This document shows positions 59,136 through 64,000 of a DNA stretch of 64,000 nt, piece after piece. Position 1 is the first letter of the stretch. The number at the start of each line of letters is the position of its first letter. Below the pieces are notes generated by a model, which did no database searches, was not told where the DNA came from, and was given only the letters and a program-made list of their open reading frames with translations. A program made the translations under genes and the position numbers. The stretch is from contig CAYPFW010000001.1 in assembly GCA_964410585.1 (NCBI GenBank), positions 512,001-576,000 of the forward strand. Direction: 5' to 3'. The DNA comes from an uncultured archaeon (GTDB taxonomy: Archaea; Aenigmatarchaeota; Aenigmatarchaeia; QMZP01; JACQNV01).

Positions 59136-62100
59136 TCACTTCATTGCCCAGAATTTTTTCGTCCGAACAAATGCACGTTCTGCTTCTAGGGTTTCCTTCA
59201 AAAATTCGTCATCGTTCAAAGGTTTTTGCAAGATTTTTGAGGCTGTTTGAGGTCCAACTCCCCTAGCAGCCAAACAAATTATTGCTTTTTTCCCATAGTT
59301 TTGAACAAGCGACGCTGTTGTCAGCATTTTGTCCAGCCATTTTATTTCTTGTTTTGGTATCACTTTGCCACCTTTGTAGTTTTTGATCAACTGAGAAGCT
59401 TCTTCTATGTATTTTTTAGGAACAATTGAAATCATTTTTGATTTGCACTTGAAGCATTCTGTGTATGCGTCTTTTGCAGAAACTTTTATACTCCAGCCAC
59501 AGTTGCAGCAGACAAAAGCAAGGATTGTTTCGCCAAGCCTCTCTCTGAAAATATTTAGGATTTCAAATTCAGATTTTCCTGGGATAATTTCGTATCTAAA
59601 TTCTAATCCAACTCTCCCAAAAGGCGAAAGGCCCTCCATTATCTCGGTTTTCAATTCTCCTTTCTTTATTTTCTCAAGGCATTTTTTTGCTTTTTCAACC
59701 TCTAATTTTTCTGTCCTTATTTCATTCAGTGTTTCATTTGCAGCAGGAGAGTTTGAATACAGTTCTATGATTTTTTTGAAATATGCTTTTCCATATTCTG
59801 CGCCTCTTTTTATTATTCCAAATCTTTTTGCGACTTGGACAAATTTGTGTGTGTATAGCTCGCCTTCTTTTATTTCAGATTCTAAAAGCATGTCGATTTC
59901 TTGGAGATTTAGGTTGTAGAAAATGTCTATGACTTTGTTGTAGATTGGCTGGGCTAGTTTTACCATTATCCTATATGCATCTGTTTTCAGGCCAACTGAA
60001 CCAACTTTCTCAGCGAGCTTTGTGGACAGGGCCCTTCCTATTGTATCGTTTATCCTTGATCCAAAACAAGTATGGATGATCACACCAAATGTCTCTTCTT
60101 TTGTTATTCCGCCAATTGGACCATATTCTATCAAGATTTTTTTGTCAGTTGGGACAAACCCAAATTCGCTTTGCTCTTTGACTATTTTGTAGAGTTTTTC
60201 AGCGACGTCTTTTGAAATTGGATAATTAGTTTGTAGATGTGAGAGGATGTCAGATTTTTGTTTTTTTAGGAGGTTTTCAATTTCACCGCGCATCTGGCCA
60301 ACTTTTTCTGCAACTAAATATTCTATAGGAATTAGCTCACCTTCCCATGCTGGAATAGCTGCTTCTAAGTTTGATGTTGGCTCGACAATAAGCTTGTCGC
60401 CTTCGACATCTACAACTCTCCAAGGCTGGCCTTTGCAGATAAAATATGAACCAGGAGTGCCGTGCATTGCAACAAAACCCTCATCTAAGGTGCCGATTTT
60501 TTTGTTGTTGACAATGTCGACAACTTTGAATGTTTTTGAATCTGGGATTGTAGACAAGTTCCCATAATAGTATTCCCAGGATCTTTTCCTTCTCCTTATT
60601 TTATCTGTGAGATCGAAGACCTTTGCTGGTTTTGGGGTTTCGTCTTTGTTTGGCTCATCACTACTTTTTGATTCTAATTCTTGTTCTTCGTCTTCTTGAT
60701 TTTCATCATGTTCTTCGTCTTTGTTTTCTTCTATATCATTTGTATTGTAGTTTCTTTCTGGACGGTGCTCTTTCTTTTCTAAAGAAAGAGTAGCAGGCCA
60801 AACGAGCCACAACCTGTTCAAAAAATCGCATACATCCAAAAATTCTATTTCAGACAAATCGCGGAAGGGATAAGCTCTCTTGATTATGTCATAAGCTTTT
60901 TTGATTTCAATTTCATAGTACTCCAAAGTCAGACCAATTATTTGGTGAGCTAAAACATCAAGGGATTGTGTGTAGATTTTTGTTGGCTCAATTTTGTGCT
61001 CCAAGGCAAGCTTTGCAATTGCAGTTGATTCAAAACAATCATCTGTATCAGAAGAGACAATCACACCATCTGATTTTTTGGTAACTGAATGGCCCGAGCG
61101 GCCTAAACGCTGGAGAAGTTTTGTGACTTGGCGCGGAGACATGTATTGGACAATGAAATCAATTGAACCAATGTCTATACCTAATTCCAGAGAAGATGTT
61201 GCGACCAAAGCTTGGATTTCTTTTTCTTTAAAGCCTCGCTCTACATCGATTCTAACGTCTTTTGAAAGCGAGGAGTGGTGTGTTTCCAAAGAGCTCCCTA
61301 AAATTTTCATTCTCGAAGACAAAACTTCAGCAGATTCTCTTGTATTTGTGAAAATTATTACAGATTCTTTGCCTTTGATTAAATTTGAAATCAGCTGAAG
61401 GCGGGCTGTTGTTTCTGGGAGCAAATTAACTGAATGTCCTGTTTTCACATCAGCTGCTGTTGGATTTGGAGATTCGACAAATATTTTTGCTTCTCTTGTT
61501 TTTGCAACATCAACAACTTCTTCTGCGCCGATGAATTCTGCGACTTCTTTTGGCGAACCAATTGTTGCTGAGAGGCCGATGATTTGCGGTTTTTGGTGTC
61601 CTGAAGAAACAATCAATTCTTTCAGCCTTTCTAAACCAACTGAAAGTTGGACGCCTCTTTTGCTTGGAATCAACTCATGGATTTCATCAACTACTATAAA
61701 TTTTATGTTTGACAAGTGTTCTCTCATCCTAGAACCAACAAGCATTGATTGCAAGGTTTCTGGCGTTGAAATCAAAACATGTGGTGGGTTTTCAACTTGC
61801 TGGCTTCTTTCATATGTTGTTGTGTCGCCGTGACGCACTGAAACTTCGAGATCCAGTTGATTGCACCACCACAAAATTCTGTCCAAAAGGTTTCTGTTCA
61901 AACTTCTCAAAGGTGTGATGTATAGAAAAGATATTGGTTTGTGTGGTTGAGAGGCTAGTTTGTCTAGAATTGGAAGCATGCAGGACTCTGTTTTTCCAAT
62001 TCCAGTGGGCGCTATAATCAAAACATTTTTTCCTTCCAAAACTTTTGGTATGGAGAGCTCTTGGACTACTGTTGGCTTGCCAAATCTTTCCTTTGAAAGT

Positions 62101-62141
62101 TTGCCTACGTTGGATTTTAATGAGTCGAAAATATTGGTCAT
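59136..62141 (-). CDS. lhr: Lhr-like ATP-dependent helicase
   Basis: APTGIGKT, TPE, DEIHE, SAT, SSLELGIDIG, QRLGRSGH, STIPD, C-terminal Zn motif. Confidence 0.9.
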   Translation of the reverse strand: MTNIFDSLKSNVGKLSKERFGKPTVVQELSIPKVLEGKNVLIIAPTGIGKTESCMLPILDKLASQPHKPISFLYITPLRSLNRNLLDRILWWCNQLDLEVSVRHGDTTTYERSQQVENPPHVLISTPETLQSMLVGSRMREHLSNIKFIVVDEIHELIPSKRGVQLSVGLERLKELIVSSGHQKPQIIGLSATIGSPKEVAEFIGAEEVVDVAKTREAKIFVESPNPTAADVKTGHSVNLLPETTARLQLISNLIKGKESVIIFTNTRESAEVLSSRMKILGSSLETHHSSLSKDVRIDVERGFKEKEIQALVATSSLELGIDIGSIDFIVQYMSPRQVTKLLQRLGRSGHSVTKKSDGVIVSSDTDDCFESTAIAKLALEHKIEPTKIYTQSLDVLAHQIIGLTLEYYEIEIKKAYDIIKRAYPFRDLSEIEFLDVCDFLNRLWLVWPATLSLEKKEHRPERNYNTNDIEENKDEEHDENQEDEEQELESKSSDEPNKDETPKPAKVFDLTDKIRRRKRSWEYYYGNLSTIPDSKTFKVVDIVNNKKIGTLDEGFVAMHGTPGSYFICKGQPWRVVDVEGDKLIVEPTSNLEAAIPAWEGELIPIEYLVAEKVGQMRGEIENLLKKQKSDILSHLQTNYPISKDVAEKLYKIVKEQSEFGFVPTDKKILIEYGPIGGITKEETFGVIIHTCFGSRINDTIGRALSTKLAEKVGSVGLKTDAYRIMVKLAQPIYNKVIDIFYNLNLQEIDMLLESEIKEGELYTHKFVQVAKRFGIIKRGAEYGKAYFKKIIELYSNSPAANETLNEIRTEKLEVEKAKKCLEKIKKGELKTEIMEGLSPFGRVGLEFRYEIIPGKSEFEILNIFRERLGETILAFVCCNCGWSIKVSAKDAYTECFKCKSKMISIVPKKYIEEASQLIKNYKGGKVIPKQEIKWLDKMLTTASLVQNYGKKAIICLAARGVGPQTASKILQKPLNDDEFLKETLEAERAFVRTKKFWAMK

Positions 62142-62251
62142 GTGCATCGATATAACAGTGTTATATTTTAGTATGTAAATTTTTACGCAGAATACTATTA
62201 CTATCCAACTTTATAAAACTAACCAGAGGAGCTTTCCAGAATGCCACAATA

Positions 62252-62575
62252 TCATTTCAACCTGACAGCAGCAAACTTCTTCCCATACTTCTGTTTCATC
62301 CACTTCTTTGCATCTTCCAAAACAGCTTGCCCATATTCGTTGTCAGGGACAATCGGCAAATCAACAGCCCATTTGCCCTTTTGGTTCTTTGTTTTGACAA
62401 GAATAATAAAATCAGTGTCAGCTGGCCTTGTTTTCTTTGTTGCAAAACTACCAAACAAATAAATAGAAGACACAGGAATTACCTTTTCCAATTTCTTTAG
62501 AATTTGCTGGGAATTTTTCCACATTTCTTTTCTGTATTTTGATTTGAGCAGGCTTTTTGGGATTTTGCTTTGCAT
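62252..62575 (-). CDS. Minimal nucleotidyltransferase-domain protein
   Basis: YLFGSFA..PADTDF, VD. Confidence 0.75.
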   Translation of the reverse strand: MQSKIPKSLLKSKYRKEMWKNSQQILKKLEKVIPVSSIYLFGSFATKKTRPADTDFIILVKTKNQKGKWAVDLPIVPDNEYGQAVLEDAKKWMKQKYGKKFAAVRLK

Positions 62576-62616
62576 AGAAGTAATTAGAAATAGAATTTTT
62601 ATCTTTTTGTTAAAAA

Positions 62617-62743
62617 AGCCCTCAAGTAATCTAAAGGCTCGTCTGTTCCAGAAAATGTCCGCATTTGATCACCAGAATATGCCCGCCTAAATACAGGAGG
62701 CTGTTCACTTGTAGGCATGTCCAAACCTTCCAAAAAAACAAGC
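62617..62743 (-). repeat. Family 1 element, copy H (diverged)
   Basis: Plus strand ACAGGAGGCT...ACCTTCCAAAAAAACAAGC (matches copy B flanks) and terminal AGCCCT..AAGGCT hairpin. Confidence 0.55.
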
Positions 62744-62778
62744 GATCTTTTTATTCTTTGTTCTAGTATATACATAAT

Positions 62779-63237
62779 TTATTCCTTCTTTTCTCCACCT
62801 TCTTGTCCAGGCCTTTTGACCAATTTGATGAATTCTGTTGCAACTGTGATTGGTATTGGCATGCTTGCTTCGATAAGCTCGGCAGTGACTTCACCCTTTG
62901 CTTCGTCGACTTTTACAATTCTTCCCTTTTCGCCCTTGAAAGCGCCGCCAACAATCTCAATGATATCGCCCATGTTGACTTTGACTTTCTTGACTTCTAA
63001 AAAGTGCTGGATATCAGAAAGAGCAATTGGTTTTTCCATCAAGCTTTTAATGTGAAGCATTCCCTGGACCGTCTTGTGTATGTCTGCTATGTTTCCTTCT
63101 ACAAATAAGTATCCTTTTAACTCAGCAGGATGCAAGATTGCTTTTACATCTAGTTTTTCTGATTTTATTTTAGCTTGCATTATATCTGCAACAATATCTT
63201 CTCTTCCCGATGTTGTTCGTAATGTATATATGGCCAT
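62779..63237 (-). CDS. spt5: Transcription elongation factor Spt5 (NusG family)
   Basis: TTSGRE, LKGYLFVE, KOW motif GDIIEIVGGAFKGE. Confidence 0.95.
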   Translation of the reverse strand: MAIYTLRTTSGREDIVADIMQAKIKSEKLDVKAILHPAELKGYLFVEGNIADIHKTVQGMLHIKSLMEKPIALSDIQHFLEVKKVKVNMGDIIEIVGGAFKGEKGRIVKVDEAKGEVTAELIEASMPIPITVATEFIKLVKRPGQEGGEKKE

Positions 63238-63239
63238 AT

Positions 63240-63425
63240 CTATAACGGTAATCCCCCGAAAATTGCAGCTAATCTAAATCCAAGGAAAATTGCAAAACCA
63301 ATCACACCTATAACAGTTAAGCCCAGAGCGCATACTTTTGTCGTTCCTGTGAACTCTTCCTTTGTTGGCTTCCTCGCCTTTGTCCAAACGTAGCTGTACT
63401 TGATCCACTTTTCCTTTAGCGACAT
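63240..63425 (-). CDS. secE: Protein translocase subunit SecE/Sec61 gamma
   Basis: ARKPTKEEF plus TM; conserved ftsZ-secE-spt5 order. Confidence 0.92.
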   Translation of the reverse strand: MSLKEKWIKYSYVWTKARKPTKEEFTGTTKVCALGLTVIGVIGFAIFLGFRLAAIFGGLPL

Positions 63426-63514
63426 AACCTTTTATCCTAAAAGGTTAATCAAAACAGGAGCCTAAAATTTCCATCGTTGCGACTCAGAAATTTTTACGGC
63501 TTCCATGACTAACC
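63426..63514 (-). repeat. Family 1 element, copy F (secE 5' leader)
   Basis: AACCTTTTATCCTAAAAGGTT-AATCAAAACAGGAGCCTAAAATTTC...GAAATTTTTACGGCTTCCATGACTAACC, abutting the secE ATG. Confidence 0.9.
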
Positions 63515-63585
63515 ACTAATATCTAAATAAATAAGACTAAGGGTATTTAAACGTTAAAATAAAACCTGGAATAAGGGCTTATCCC

Positions 63586-64000
63586 TTACTCGTCTACAAA
63601 ATCCACACCAAGTATCTTCTCAATTTCTTTTTGTTTTTCGCCTGTGAAGGTTTTGTGAGGCCCGTAGATTTGCGCAGATTTAACACCTGTGACAATCAGC
63701 ATTGTCCTCAAAGTGTCACCCATTGCCTTGTCTACTTGAGCACCCCAAATAATTTTTGCATCTTCATTTATTTTCTGGCTCACAGATTCAACAATCTCTT
63801 GGCATTCTTTAATTGTAACATCCATTCCACCTGCAACATTTATCAAAGCGCCTGTTGCGCCTGCAATGTCAAGGTCCAAAAGTGGATTGTTCAAAGCCTT
63901 TTCAACAGCTTCTACAGCTCTGTTGTCTGAATCTGATTCACCCATTCCAATCATTGCAATTCCACCAGATCCCATAACAGCTCGCACATCTGCGAAGTCT
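63586..64000 (-). CDS. ftsZ: Cell division protein FtsZ (C-terminal part, truncated by the window edge)
   Basis: DFADVRAVM, ALNNPLLD, IIWGA, LIVTG. Confidence 0.95.
   Translation of the reverse strand, partial: DFADVRAVMGSGGIAMIGMGESDSDNRAVEAVEKALNNPLLDLDIAGATGALINVAGGMDVTIKECQEIVESVSQKINEDAKIIWGAQVDKAMGDTLRTMLIVTGVKSAQIYGPHKTFTGEKQKEIEKILGVDFVDE

Noticed and set aside
62599-62718. Small minus-strand ORF (MPTSEQPP...) or 5S/SRP RNA
   Set aside because: No 5S, SRP or RNase P signature; the ORF overlaps repeat copy H and lacks host-like composition.
6560-63514. Integron-like cassette array with the repeats as attC sites
   Set aside because: The repeats flank core genes (aspS, secE), several orphans lack them, and there is no integrase in the window.
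389-63930. Numerous antisense or alternate-frame ORFs in the track (e.g. 3422..3856, 33351..33833, 59407..59919)
   Set aside because: Shadow ORFs of well-supported genes, F/S/I-rich and without motifs.

Overview
AT-rich archaeal chromosomal segment, most likely from a DPANN lineage (inferred from gene content, TATA-box/leaderless starts and BHB-type tRNA introns). Housekeeping genes include non-discriminating aspS, rnhB, prs, lig, topA, radB, a split Hef helicase/XPF nuclease, lhr and ftsZ-secE-spt5, with single orphan genes interspersed. Three tRNAs (Thr-GGU, Trp-CCA, initiator Met) carry five introns, three at non-canonical positions. Two features stand out. (1) A family of at least eight dispersed, covarying stem-loop elements sits at gene boundaries, always in the sense of an adjacent gene; four abut start codons, and some host nested secondary elements. 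(2) A ~21 kb surface/type IV pilin locus (33.5-55 kb) holds minor pilins plus a tandemly duplicated three-gene module: a large pilin-like protein, a large secreted Cys-rich protein with a central hydrophobic helical segment, and a membrane-anchored Ig-like protein. Also notable are a beta-barrel-like protein with a C-terminal beta-signal, two SET-domain proteins, a JAB-like protein and a box C/D sRNA. No CRISPR array, rRNA, transposase or integrase was recognised. All calls are from reading the sequence; no searches were run.
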